Shown piece after piece: positions 1 to 8,790 of a stretch of 33,647 bases of DNA. Source of the stretch: an uncultured Bacteroidota bacterium (GTDB lineage: Bacteria; Bacteroidota; Bacteroidia; UKL13-3); contig CAISTO010000076.1 of the NCBI GenBank assembly GCA_903888395.1, forward strand, positions 1 to 33,647, read 5' to 3'. Numbering within the stretch: position 1 is the first letter of the stretch; each line of letters starts with the position of its first letter. The notes under the pieces were generated by a model. The model searched no databases and had not been told where the DNA came from. It saw only the letters and a program-made list of their open reading frames with translations. The translations under genes were made by a program, and so were the position numbers.

Positions 1-34
1 AAAACCTGGAAAAGTATGTTGTTGCCGGATTTTT

Positions 35-63
35 AAAAAACCTCACTTTTGTGGGGTTTTTTT
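35..63 (+). terminator. Intrinsic-terminator-like hairpin plus T-run, probably ending an off-window upstream + strand gene
   Basis: Stem cctcac (41-46) / gtgggg (51-56, one G-U pair) with a tttt loop, flanked by an A-run (35-40) and a T-run (57-63). Confidence 0.55.
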
Positions 64-103
64 ATTTTATTTAACTACCATTTTTAACTATTTTTTTTAT
101 TCT

Positions 104-1696
104 ATGTCACAAGATTTTACTTTTAAAAGAAGAACTTTTGGAATTATTAGTCATCCAGATGCTGGTAAAACAACTTTAACAGAAAAGTTTTTACTTTTTG
201 GAGGTGCAATTCAAATTGCAGGTGCTGTAAAAAGTAATAAAGCAACTAGATCTGCAACTTCTGATTTTATGGAAATTGAAAAACAACGTGGTATTTCCGT
301 TGCCTCTTCAGTTATGGGTTTTGATTATAATGGTTACAAAGTTAATATTTTGGATACACCAGGGCATAAAGATTTTGCTGAGGATACTTATAGAACATTA
401 ACTGCAGTTGATAGTGTTATTTTAGTGATTGATTGTGTTAAAGGAGTGGAGGAACAAACTAGAAAATTAATGGAAGTTTGTAGAATGAGAAACACACCAG
501 TAATTGTTTTTATTAATAAAATGGATAGAGAAGGACAAGATCCATTTGATTTACTAGATGAAGTAGAAAAGGAATTAAATATCCATACTCGACCTTTAAC
601 CTGGCCAATTGGTATTGGTTCAAGTTTTAAAGGAGTTTATAATTTATACGATAAAAAACTACAATTATTTTCTCCTGATAAAAGAAAAATAGCTAATGAT
701 ATACATGATATTGAATCCTTAGAATCTATAGAACTTGATAAAATAATTGGTGAGAAAGCTGCTCATAAACTTCGAGATGATGCTGAATTAGTGGAGGGAG
801 TGTATGAACCTTTTAATAGAGAATTATATTTAGATGGTTATTTAGCCCCAGTATTTTTTGGTAGTGCAATTAATAATTTTGGTGTAAAAGAATTATTAGA
901 CACTTTTGTGCAAATTGCTCCAGAACCAAGATCAAGGTATACAGAAACAAGAGAAGTACAACCAGATGAAAAGAAATTTTCAGGTTTTATATTTAAAATA
1001 CACGCTAATTTAGATCCAAATCATAGAGATAGAATTGCATTTTGCAGGATTGTTTCAGGAAAATTTGAAAGAAATAAATTTTATCAGCATACTAGATTAG
1101 ATAAAAAGGTAAGATTTTCTAGTCCTACTAGTTTCATGGCTAATGAAAAAAGTGTAGTAGATGAAGCATATCCTGGAGATGTAGTTGGTTTATATGATAC
1201 AGGTTATTTTAAAATTGGAGATACTTTGACTGAGGGCGAAATGATTAATTTTAAAGGTATTCCTAGTTTTTCTCCAGAAATATTTAAAGAATTAGAAAAT
1301 AAAGATCCTTTAAAAACTAAACAGTTAGAAAAAGGAATTATGCAATTAACTGATGAAGGTGTTGCACAATTATTTGTTCAACAACCTGGAAATATTAAGA
1401 TAATTGGTACAGTAGGTGAGTTACAATTTGATGTTATTCAATTTCGATTATTACATGAATATGGAGCTTCTTGTTCTTTTAGGCCGTTGAATTATGAAAA
1501 AGCAAGTTGGTTTACTTCGAATGATAAAAAAGCTTTAGAAAGATTTACAACTTTAAAACGTCATAATATAGCTTTTGATAAAGAAGGAAGACCTGTTTTT
1601 TTAGCAGATAGTTTATGGTCATTGAAAATTAATCAAGATAATTTCCCCGAATTATCATTCCATTTTACTTCAGAATTTAAAACCGAAAATCAATAA
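104..1696 (+). CDS. prfC: Peptide chain release factor 3 (RF3, translational GTPase)
   Basis: 530-aa ORF with G-domain motifs HPDAGKTT (G1), DTPGH (G3) and NKMD (G4); length and overall pattern are typical of RF3. Confidence 0.95.
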   Translation: MSQDFTFKRRTFGIISHPDAGKTTLTEKFLLFGGAIQIAGAVKSNKATRSATSDFMEIEKQRGISVASSVMGFDYNGYKVNILDTPGHKDFAEDTYRTLTAVDSVILVIDCVKGVEEQTRKLMEVCRMRNTPVIVFINKMDREGQDPFDLLDEVEKELNIHTRPLTWPIGIGSSFKGVYNLYDKKLQLFSPDKRKIANDIHDIESLESIELDKIIGEKAAHKLRDDAELVEGVYEPFNRELYLDGYLAPVFFGSAINNFGVKELLDTFVQIAPEPRSRYTETREVQPDEKKFSGFIFKIHANLDPNHRDRIAFCRIVSGKFERNKFYQHTRLDKKVRFSSPTSFMANEKSVVDEAYPGDVVGLYDTGYFKIGDTLTEGEMINFKGIPSFSPEIFKELENKDPLKTKQLEKGIMQLTDEGVAQLFVQQPGNIKIIGTVGELQFDVIQFRLLHEYGASCSFRPLNYEKASWFTSNDKKALERFTTLKRHNIAFDKEGRPVFLADSLWSLKINQDNFPELSFHFTSEFKTENQ

Positions 1697-2155
1697 TTAT
1701 TTTAGTTTGATATTTTCTTCGTATTGAGAGATATATTTTTCAAGGCTAATTTTATTTATTAATTCTTTAATTAATAAATAAGGAATTTCATTTACTTTTT
1801 TGAATCGAACACAGCCTTTGCCCATGTCTAATTTATGTTTAGCATGTTTTGGATATTCAGCTACAAACCAATCTAATATTTCCGTACTTCCATAAATTCC
1901 TAAATGATGAAGTACGATGAAGTTTTTTTGCGAACCAATATTTATATAAGGTAAAGGTAGTTTTGGGTTACAATGATAACCATTTGGATAGACTGATTTA
2001 GGAACAACATAACCAATCATTCCATAACTCATTACTTCTTCAAAACCATCAGGAATATTATTTTTAATTATATTCCTTAAAGTACTCATTGGAAGTTTTC
2101 TTTCTTCAGGTAATTCAATTAAATACTTTTCAACTGTTTCGGAATTTGATTTCAT
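1697..2155 (-). CDS. DUF1801 (YdhG-like) domain protein
   Basis: 152-aa ORF with a pattern (SYGMIGY ... FIVLHHLGIYG ... KGCVRFKK) typical of DUF1801 proteins. Its stop codon abuts the prfC stop. Confidence 0.65.
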   Translation of the reverse strand: MKSNSETVEKYLIELPEERKLPMSTLRNIIKNNIPDGFEEVMSYGMIGYVVPKSVYPNGYHCNPKLPLPYINIGSQKNFIVLHHLGIYGSTEILDWFVAEYPKHAKHKLDMGKGCVRFKKVNEIPYLLIKELINKISLEKYISQYEENIKLK

Positions 2156-2221
2156 ATTATTTGCAAATTTATTTTAAACCATTAATTTTTAGTAATTATT
2201 TTTTTGCAAAAACATTTCACA

Positions 2222-2229
2222 TACATTTG
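2222..2229 (+). promoter_or_regulatory. Bacteroidota-type -7 promoter box (TACATTTG = TAnnTTTG) upstream of the peroxiredoxin gene
   Basis: Exact match to the TAnnTTTG consensus, 38 nt upstream of ATG 2268. A TTTG at 2203-2206 could be the -33 element, but the spacing is short. Confidence 0.45.
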
Positions 2230-2267
2230 CGGTTCAATAAGTATAAACAATTTAAATTTTAAATAAT

Positions 2268-2912
2268 ATGACAATGTTAGTAGGCCGTAAGGCTCCAGTT
2301 TTTAGTGCAAGTGCCGTTATAAACGGTGGTGATTTTGAAGATAATTTTTCGTTAGAGCAATATGTTGGAAAAAAGCATGTACTGTTTTACTTTTATCCAT
2401 TAGATTTTACCTTTGTTTGTCCAACTGAAATTATTGCTTTTCAAAAAAGAATTGCAGAATTTGAATCACGTAATGTGCAAGTTGTAGGTTGCAGTATTGA
2501 TAGCAAATTTAGCCATTGGGCATGGTTAAATACACCTCAAAATGATGGAGGAATTCAAGGTGTAGAATATCCTTTAGTAGCTGATGTGAATAAAACAATC
2601 GCTCATAATTTTGGTGTTTTGGCTGGTCATTATGACTACAACGAAAACAATAATTTGATTTGGATTGGTAATTTAGGTGAAGATGCAGTTGCTTATCGTG
2701 GATTATTTTTAATCGATAAAGAAGGAATTGTTCGCCACCAAGTGGTAAATGATATGCCATTAGGACGTAATATTGACGAAGCTTTACGTATGATTGATGC
2801 TTTACAATTTTTTGAGGAAAAAGGTGAAGTTTGTCCTGCAAATTGGGAAAAAGGAAAAGATGGTATGAATGCAACTGCTGAAGGTGTGGCAAGTTATTTA
2901 TCGAACCATTAA
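2268..2912 (+). CDS. Typical 2-Cys peroxiredoxin (AhpC/Prx1 family)
   Basis: Peroxidatic Cys motif FTFVCPTE and resolving Cys motif GEVCPANW. About 17 extra residues (GHYDYNENNNLIWIGNLG) precede the conserved YRGLFLID. Confidence 0.92.
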   Translation: MTMLVGRKAPVFSASAVINGGDFEDNFSLEQYVGKKHVLFYFYPLDFTFVCPTEIIAFQKRIAEFESRNVQVVGCSIDSKFSHWAWLNTPQNDGGIQGVEYPLVADVNKTIAHNFGVLAGHYDYNENNNLIWIGNLGEDAVAYRGLFLIDKEGIVRHQVVNDMPLGRNIDEALRMIDALQFFEEKGEVCPANWEKGKDGMNATAEGVASYLSNH

Positions 2913-2960
2913 TTCAAAATTGCAAAGCAATATTGAATGCAAATAAATTTTAAAAATATA

Positions 2961-2993
2961 GGCTGTCTCAAAAAAGGCAGCCTATTTTCGTTT
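2961..2993 (+). terminator. Rho-independent terminator of the peroxiredoxin gene
   Basis: Stem ggctgtc / ggcagcc (6 of 7 bp) with an A-rich loop, followed by tattttcgttt. Confidence 0.7.
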
Positions 2994-3156
2994 GGTAAAT
3001 TGTGCGATAATTTTTTCAAAAAAATCAATAAGATAAGACATGAGGAAATTCCATAGGAATCTCCTTTGCTTGTCAACTAATTTAGTTAATGTTGAAGTAT
3101 TTTCTTTTTTCTTTTTCCATTGCTGAAAAAGAAACAAAAAAGCTAGACAAAATTAT

Positions 3157-3242
3157 GCTTCCACGCGCAAGGCCAAGGCTGGCCCGCTACCGATACATCG
3201 GTATGTTGGGCTAACGCACATCGTTAATGGAATTTAGAAAAT
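3157..3242. other. GC-rich structured island in a 396-bp AT-rich intergenic region (REP-like module or small RNA; function unknown)
   Basis: Two overlapping hairpins. First: gcg-caa-ggcc (3165-3174) / ggcccgc (3181-3187). Second: gccc (3182-3185) ... accga (3189-3193) loop taca tcggt (3198-3202) ... gggc (3208-3211). No ORF. Confidence 0.3.
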
Positions 3243-3308
3243 AGAATTTAGTTTTCGCTAACAAAAGCTATGTTTTCTATGAATCTATGTTTTTATTTTA
3301 AAAGGGGT

Positions 3309-3839
3309 TTATTTATTCAAGAAATTCTTGGCTAATGATTTCAAAATTTTCCCGCCTCTACTTTTGTAAGCAGGTAATGCTCCTTCCATGTGCATTTCAA
3401 TAGAATCATATAATTCGTGGGCTAAATCGGGTTCTTGAATTGTTAAATTATAAAGTACTGTCATAGCAAAAACCCTGATGGCCACAGCTTCTTTTGAGTT
3501 GTTTAACAATTGAAAACAATACTCCATAGTTATTCCTTGAAGTTTTTTAGGAATGTTGGTAAACTGTAACATACGCACCATATTTCGTTTAATGGCATCA
3601 TGAACAGGTTGGTTCAATAACTCAATAACAGTTTTTAAATAAGGTTGAATTAATTGGTCTATATTTTTATCATTAATACTTGGTATAACCCAAGCTGCAC
3701 GTTTAGCCATTTCTAAATCTTTACCAATAATTATTTCAATTAATTCAGCAAAACGTTCTTTGCTATAACCAATATAATTAGCAACTTCAATGTTGGTTTT
3801 TTTACTTCTTTCTTTTTGTAAAATGGTAATTAAGTTCAT
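3309..3839 (-). CDS. Hypothetical all-alpha (HEAT/ARM-like) protein, function unknown
   Basis: 176-aa ORF immediately downstream of mutS on the same strand. Helical-repeat-like composition; no catalytic motif recognised. Confidence 0.5.
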   Translation of the reverse strand: MNLITILQKERSKKTNIEVANYIGYSKERFAELIEIIIGKDLEMAKRAAWVIPSINDKNIDQLIQPYLKTVIELLNQPVHDAIKRNMVRMLQFTNIPKKLQGITMEYCFQLLNNSKEAVAIRVFAMTVLYNLTIQEPDLAHELYDSIEMHMEGALPAYKSRGGKILKSLAKNFLNK

Positions 3840-3862
3840 TTAATAATAATCAAATCAATATT

Positions 3863-3926
3863 CATGCTTCGACAAGCTCAGCAACCGATAATTCAACATC
3901 CATGCTTTGACTTCGCTCGGCAACCG
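3863..3926. repeat. Two direct ~25-nt repeats between the mutS stop and the next gene
   Basis: catgcttcgacaagctcagcaaccg (3863-3887) and catgctttgacttcgctcggcaaccg (3901-3926). They share the core atgcttcg...ctcagca with the elements at 22127-22144 and 22553-22570. Confidence 0.6.
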
Positions 3927-3927
3927 T

Positions 3928-6546
3928 TTACTTTATCATCTGTTTCAATTCGCTTAATTTCATTAAAGCTTCTATAGGAGTTAGTGTGTTGATGTCTATA
4001 CTTTCCAAACTCTTTTTCATGTTTTCTAACTCAGGATTTTCCACTTGAAACATGCTTAACTGAATGGTTGGTGATTTAACTTTTATGTTGGAATTTTTTC
4101 CAATTCCTTCGGTTCTATCTTGCTCTAATTGTTTCAAAATTTCACCTGCTCGGTTAGTTACAGTAATTGGAATTCCAGCCATTTTAGCCACATGAATACC
4201 AAAACTATGTTCACTTCCGCCCAATGCTAATTTGCGTAAAAACAACACTTTTTTATCGGTTTCTTTTACTGCAATATGGTAATTTTTGATGCCATTATCG
4301 GGTTGTTCTAACTCGTTTAACTCGTGGTAATGTGTGGCAAAAAGTGTTTTAGGCTTGTAAGGATGTTTGTTTAAGTATTCTGCAATTGCCCAAGCAATAG
4401 AAACGCCATCGTAAGTAGCAGTTCCGCGACCAATTTCATCTAATAATATCAAACTGTTTTTAGATATATTGTTCAAAATACTGGCAGTTTCGGTCATTTC
4501 TACCATAAAAGTACTTTCGCCTGCACTTAAATTATCGCTTGCACCAACGCGGGTAAATATTTTATCTACCAAACCAATATTGGCTTGGCTTGCTGCCACA
4601 AAACAACCCATTTGTGCCATTAAAACACACAAAGCAGTTTGGCGTAACACCGCAGATTTACCACTCATATTTGGCCCAGTTAAAATAATCATTTGCTGCT
4701 TTTCATTGTCCAAAAAAGTATCGTTGGCAATGTATGCTTCGCCAATTGGCAATTGTTTTTCAATAACCGGATGGCGCAAATCAATTAAGTTTAACTCATG
4801 CGATTCATTTAATATTGGTCTGCAATAATTATTGTTTTCTGCTAATTCGGCAAAAGCAAAAAGGCAATCAATTTTAGCCAAAACAATGGCATCTTGCTGA
4901 ATAGGTAAAACGTAATCTTGCAAAGCAGAAATCAAATCGTTATAAAGCCTTTCTTCTATTACTCCAATTTTATCTTCGGCACCTAAAATTTTCTCCTCGT
5001 AATGTTTTAACTCCTCGGTGATGTATCGCTCCGCATTGGTTAAAGTTTGCTTTCTAATCCACTCAGGCGGCACTTTATCTTTATGCGAATTAGTTACTTC
5101 TATGTAATAACCAAACACGTTATTGAACGAAATTTTTAAACTTGTAATTCCTGTTGCTTGTTGCTCGCGCAATTGCATTTGCAACAAATAATCTTTTCCG
5201 CCAAAAGCAATGGCTCGGAGTTCATCTAATTCTTTGTTTACTCCTGCATTAATTACATTGCCTTTATTGGCAGCGATTGGTGCTTCTGGGTGTAATTCTT
5301 TTTCGATTTTATCAATAGCCCATTGGCAAATATTTATTTGGTCAGCTAGCTTTTGTAGTAATGAATTATTTTGTTGTAAAAATAATTTTTTTAAAGGTTC
5401 TAATTGCTTAAGCGAACGGTTCAATTGTTGCAATTCTCTTGGGCTAATGCGCCTCATGGCTAGTTTAGAAACTATGCGTTCTAAATCGCCAATTTGTTTT
5501 AAAATATCAATCACCTGAACCCTAAAACTTTTTTGTTGCTTGGCAAAATCTACAATATTTAGTCGTTCGTTTATTTGCGTTAAATCTTTTAAAGGCAAAA
5601 CCATCCAACGTTTAAGCAAACGAGCGCCCATGGGCGTAATGGTTTTATCTAAAATATTAATTAATGCAACACCTTTGTCATTGCTACTTTGAATGAGTTC
5701 AAGGTTGCGAATGGTAAATCTATCTAACCAAACATATTTGTCTTCATCTATGCGGCTAATACTTTGAAAATGACCAATTTGTTCGTGATGTGTTTCGGCT
5801 AAATAATGCAAACAAACGCCTGCAGCGGTTATTGCCATTGGCATTTCCTGAATTCCAAATCCTTTTAAATTTTGGGTATTAAAATGATTGAGTAACTTTT
5901 CGTAACTATATTGGTATTGAAAGATCCATTCATCTAATTGATAACTGTAAAGTTTTTCGCCAAATTTTTGTTTAAAAAAGTTAAACTGCTTTTTAGAAAC
6001 CAACACTTCCGAAGGTTTAAAACCTTGCACTAATTTATCAATATATTCCAACGAACCTTGCGAAGCCATAAACTCACCAGTTGATAAATCTAAAAAAGCA
6101 ATTCCAGCTTCTTTTTCATTATCTAAGTGTATGGCGCAAAGGTAATTATTGCTTTTATTGTCAAGTATTTTATCGTTATAACTAACACCTGGAGTTATAA
6201 GTTCGGTTACACCACGTTTTACAATGGTTTTCGTCATTTTTGGATCTTCCAATTGGTCACAAATAGCAACTCTTTGACCGGCACGAACTAGTTTCGGTAA
6301 ATAAGTATCTAAGGAATGATGAGGGAATCCGGCTAACTCTATAAAAGTGGCTTGTCCGTTGGCACGTTTGGTTAAAACAATACCTAAAATTTCAGCAGTT
6401 TTAATGGCATCGGTACCAAAAGTTTCGTAAAAATCGCCCACACGAAACAGCAAAATAGCACCAGGATATTTGGTTTTTATGGTGTTATACTGCCTCATTA
6501 AAGGCGTTTCGTTATCTGGATTATCGGGGTTATGTTTCTTAGCCAT
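3928..6546 (-). CDS. mutS: DNA mismatch repair protein MutS
   Basis: 872-aa ORF with the N-terminal mismatch-binding motifs TPLMRQY and GDFYETF, Walker A GPNMSGKS, and LLDEIGRGTATYDG. Confidence 0.97.
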   Translation of the reverse strand: MAKKHNPDNPDNETPLMRQYNTIKTKYPGAILLFRVGDFYETFGTDAIKTAEILGIVLTKRANGQATFIELAGFPHHSLDTYLPKLVRAGQRVAICDQLEDPKMTKTIVKRGVTELITPGVSYNDKILDNKSNNYLCAIHLDNEKEAGIAFLDLSTGEFMASQGSLEYIDKLVQGFKPSEVLVSKKQFNFFKQKFGEKLYSYQLDEWIFQYQYSYEKLLNHFNTQNLKGFGIQEMPMAITAAGVCLHYLAETHHEQIGHFQSISRIDEDKYVWLDRFTIRNLELIQSSNDKGVALINILDKTITPMGARLLKRWMVLPLKDLTQINERLNIVDFAKQQKSFRVQVIDILKQIGDLERIVSKLAMRRISPRELQQLNRSLKQLEPLKKLFLQQNNSLLQKLADQINICQWAIDKIEKELHPEAPIAANKGNVINAGVNKELDELRAIAFGGKDYLLQMQLREQQATGITSLKISFNNVFGYYIEVTNSHKDKVPPEWIRKQTLTNAERYITEELKHYEEKILGAEDKIGVIEERLYNDLISALQDYVLPIQQDAIVLAKIDCLFAFAELAENNNYCRPILNESHELNLIDLRHPVIEKQLPIGEAYIANDTFLDNEKQQMIILTGPNMSGKSAVLRQTALCVLMAQMGCFVAASQANIGLVDKIFTRVGASDNLSAGESTFMVEMTETASILNNISKNSLILLDEIGRGTATYDGVSIAWAIAEYLNKHPYKPKTLFATHYHELNELEQPDNGIKNYHIAVKETDKKVLFLRKLALGGSEHSFGIHVAKMAGIPITVTNRAGEILKQLEQDRTEGIGKNSNIKVKSPTIQLSMFQVENPELENMKKSLESIDINTLTPIEALMKLSELKQMIK

Positions 6547-6667
6547 TTTTGTTTTCCTATTTTATTGTTCCAATAAAATATTGCTGTGCAAAATAGTTAA
6601 TATGGTTATGAATGTTTAGTGTGTGAATAATTTTTTGTTATTGATTTTATTTCTTTAGTTGATTTTC

Positions 6668-8485
6668 CTACATCACATCAATTCCTAGCTTTTTAACCCT
6701 TGACCAAATAGCTCCTTTAGTGCGGTTAAATTGTTTCGATAAATCTGTCATGCTCATGCCTTTTTGGTATAATCTTTTCAGTAAATCATCTTGCTCCTTG
6801 GCCCAAGGTTGGTAAGCTTCTTTTGGCTTTTTGTTAGTATTATAATCTTCCTGAACGCCATGATAAATTTTTGCATCCTCATCGCTATAATTAATGATTC
6901 TGCGCTGTGCAGGTTTAAAAGTTTTAGCAGGTTCTTTTTTAGGTGTTTTTTCTTCAGTTTTTTTCGCGATAATATCTATTTGTGGAGCAGTTGGAAAATC
7001 TTTTGGCATCAAATCTTGATGAATTTTTAACTTATTTTTAGTTCGAGTAACAGCTACATATAGTAAGTTTATTTCTTCATTTAATTTTGGAATACTTAAC
7101 TCAAATTCTTCCGATAGTTCCTTGTTTTCATTCTTTAGCTTTTCAAGTTTGTCCTCTGTAATAAAATCATTTACTAATTCCACGCTGTCGTACTCCATTC
7201 CTTTGCATCTATGCACCGTTGAGAAAATTATTTCTGCCTTGTGTTTGTCAGCATTATCAACGTGTTTGCTTTTGATGGTTTTTATAATATCATATATTTC
7301 GTTCTCATATTCTTTTACCATTTCAAGCATCATTCCTAGCTGTTTATCTTCTGTTTTTCTAATATAATCTTCTAGTTCATCTATGTCTTTCATGCCTTTT
7401 ATCAAAGCATCTTTTATTTGCATTTTTTTGCCATTAAATAAGTTTAATACATCATATAGCGAAGTGCCATCATCGGCATAAGTATAAGAGTTTATATTTC
7501 CTTCAAAATAAATGTATTTTACTTTGGTGTTTTCAGTAATAAATTCAATGGCATTTAGAATCAATCCTAAGTTAGTTCGGGCAATAATGGCTTTGGTTTT
7601 CCCAATTTTATCAGCGCCTTTTCCCGAAATATTTATTGAAATTGGGGCATTGAAATGGTCTTTCCATTTTAAAATATCAATGGCTAAATTAGCTACATTT
7701 TGACTAAACCTAAAGCTACTTGATAAATTAAATGATTTAAAATCGGCTTGTGCTAAAGAGTTAACAGCATACCTCCATCCATATATTTGCTGATGGGTAT
7801 CGCCAACAATTACTTTGGTAGCTGATTGGTTTAAAAACGTGTGAAGCATGGCTGGTGATGCGTCTTGTCCTTCGTCAAATAATATATAATCGTAAGATAA
7901 ATTTGGATTCAATAATTGAAATTTTTTTAAGTAAAAATCGTGTGTAATTTCAATTTCACCTTTGTCCATTTTAGCCAAAAGTTTGCGTGCTTGCTGAACT
8001 ATTTCATCGTAATATTTGGTAACAAATGCTTTTGCTTTACTTTCAGTAATTAAACTCAAATAGTTTAAATCCTGCACTTTATTTTTATTGCTATTGCAAA
8101 AATAAGCGACCAATTTATTGATGTGATTGGCTACAATATATGAAGCATGTTTTTCGCCTTTCACCTGAATATATAACAAATCAACAATTTCTTGAGTTTT
8201 ATATTCTTGAGGTCTAACGTTATAGTTGCTTCGCAATACAATGTGTTTGTATGCTAACGAATGAGCGGTTTCTACTTGCACATTTTTTAAACCACTTTCA
8301 GCAAACTTTTTTACTGCTTCTAACTTTACCGATTTGTTAAAAGCCAAATATAAAATCCTGCTATTTGCTGGCCTAGCTTTAGCGTATTCTATAATGGTGG
8401 TGGTTTTTCCGGAGCCCGCTACCGCATTAATTTTTATATTTCCAGTGGAATTGATAATGTCTAGTTGCTCTTGCGTTAAATTCAT
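6668..8485 (-). CDS. SF1 (UvrD/FBH1-like) DNA helicase with a C-terminal GcrA/Myb-like helix-turn-helix extension
   Basis: Walker A AGSGKTT, motif II FDEGQD, ITHDFYLKKFQL (FBH1-like), STVHRCKGMEYDSV, LLYVAVTRTK. A Lys/Pro-rich linker is followed by W-x2-E-x3-L-x2-LY-x2-G-x-S ... RTKGAIWSRVKKLGI. Confidence 0.85.
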   Translation of the reverse strand: MNLTQEQLDIINSTGNIKINAVAGSGKTTTIIEYAKARPANSRILYLAFNKSVKLEAVKKFAESGLKNVQVETAHSLAYKHIVLRSNYNVRPQEYKTQEIVDLLYIQVKGEKHASYIVANHINKLVAYFCNSNKNKVQDLNYLSLITESKAKAFVTKYYDEIVQQARKLLAKMDKGEIEITHDFYLKKFQLLNPNLSYDYILFDEGQDASPAMLHTFLNQSATKVIVGDTHQQIYGWRYAVNSLAQADFKSFNLSSSFRFSQNVANLAIDILKWKDHFNAPISINISGKGADKIGKTKAIIARTNLGLILNAIEFITENTKVKYIYFEGNINSYTYADDGTSLYDVLNLFNGKKMQIKDALIKGMKDIDELEDYIRKTEDKQLGMMLEMVKEYENEIYDIIKTIKSKHVDNADKHKAEIIFSTVHRCKGMEYDSVELVNDFITEDKLEKLKNENKELSEEFELSIPKLNEEINLLYVAVTRTKNKLKIHQDLMPKDFPTAPQIDIIAKKTEEKTPKKEPAKTFKPAQRRIINYSDEDAKIYHGVQEDYNTNKKPKEAYQPWAKEQDDLLKRLYQKGMSMTDLSKQFNRTKGAIWSRVKKLGIDVM

Positions 8486-8516
8486 AAAAGGATTGCGAAA
8501 GTAGGAATTATAATTT

Positions 8517-8524
8517 CAAATTTA
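8517..8524 (-). promoter_or_regulatory. Candidate -7 promoter box (TAAATTTG on the minus strand) for the helicase gene
   Basis: Exact TAnnTTTG match 32 nt upstream of start codon 8485; no clear -33 element. Confidence 0.4.
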
Positions 8525-8635
8525 GGAAATTGATTTATAAATTATGAATAAAAAATGAAATTTAGATTATAATTATTTTTGTTAAATGATAACTGATAGC
8601 AGAAAAAATAAAAAAGAATTTTTAAATCTAACAAA

Positions 8636-8686
8636 AACAGCAAATTGTAATTTGCAAACAGTAATTTGTTTGAAAAATTTGCTGTT
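8636..8686 (-). terminator. Nested palindrome; probable terminator of the protease gene, or an operator
   Basis: 11-bp perfect inverted repeat aacagcaaatt (8636-8646) / aatttgctgtt (8676-8686). It encloses gcaaattgtaatttgc (7+2+7 palindrome) and caaaca-gtaatt-tgtttg. Confidence 0.45.
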
Positions 8687-8790
8687 AGGTAAGGAAGAAA
8701 TATTGGTTGTTAATTTAGGTAATTTTTTGTTTGAACACAATTAAATGCATTGAATAACCATAACCTTGTGTTTTTTAAACAAGCTGCTTT

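Noticed and set aside
2578-2700. About 17-aa insertion in the peroxiredoxin (GHYDYNENNNLIWIGNLG) considered as a novelty
   Set aside because: From memory, Bacteroidota peroxiredoxins of about 210 aa commonly carry an insertion at this position. It is probably a lineage feature rather than something new.
4469-5518. ORFs of 119 aa and 102 aa on the + strand inside mutS. Similar antisense ORFs occur at 2509-2892, 6791-7703, 11915-12208, 16991-17633, 18173-18483, 21270-21571, 24640-25123, 25296-25496, 26763-27737, 29486-29671, 30153-30338, 31381-31671 and 32507-32707.
   Set aside because: All lie entirely antisense to or overlapping much longer ORFs with clear conserved motifs. Their composition is low-complexity (Phe/Ile/Leu/Ser/Cys-rich), typical of shadow frames in AT-rich DNA.
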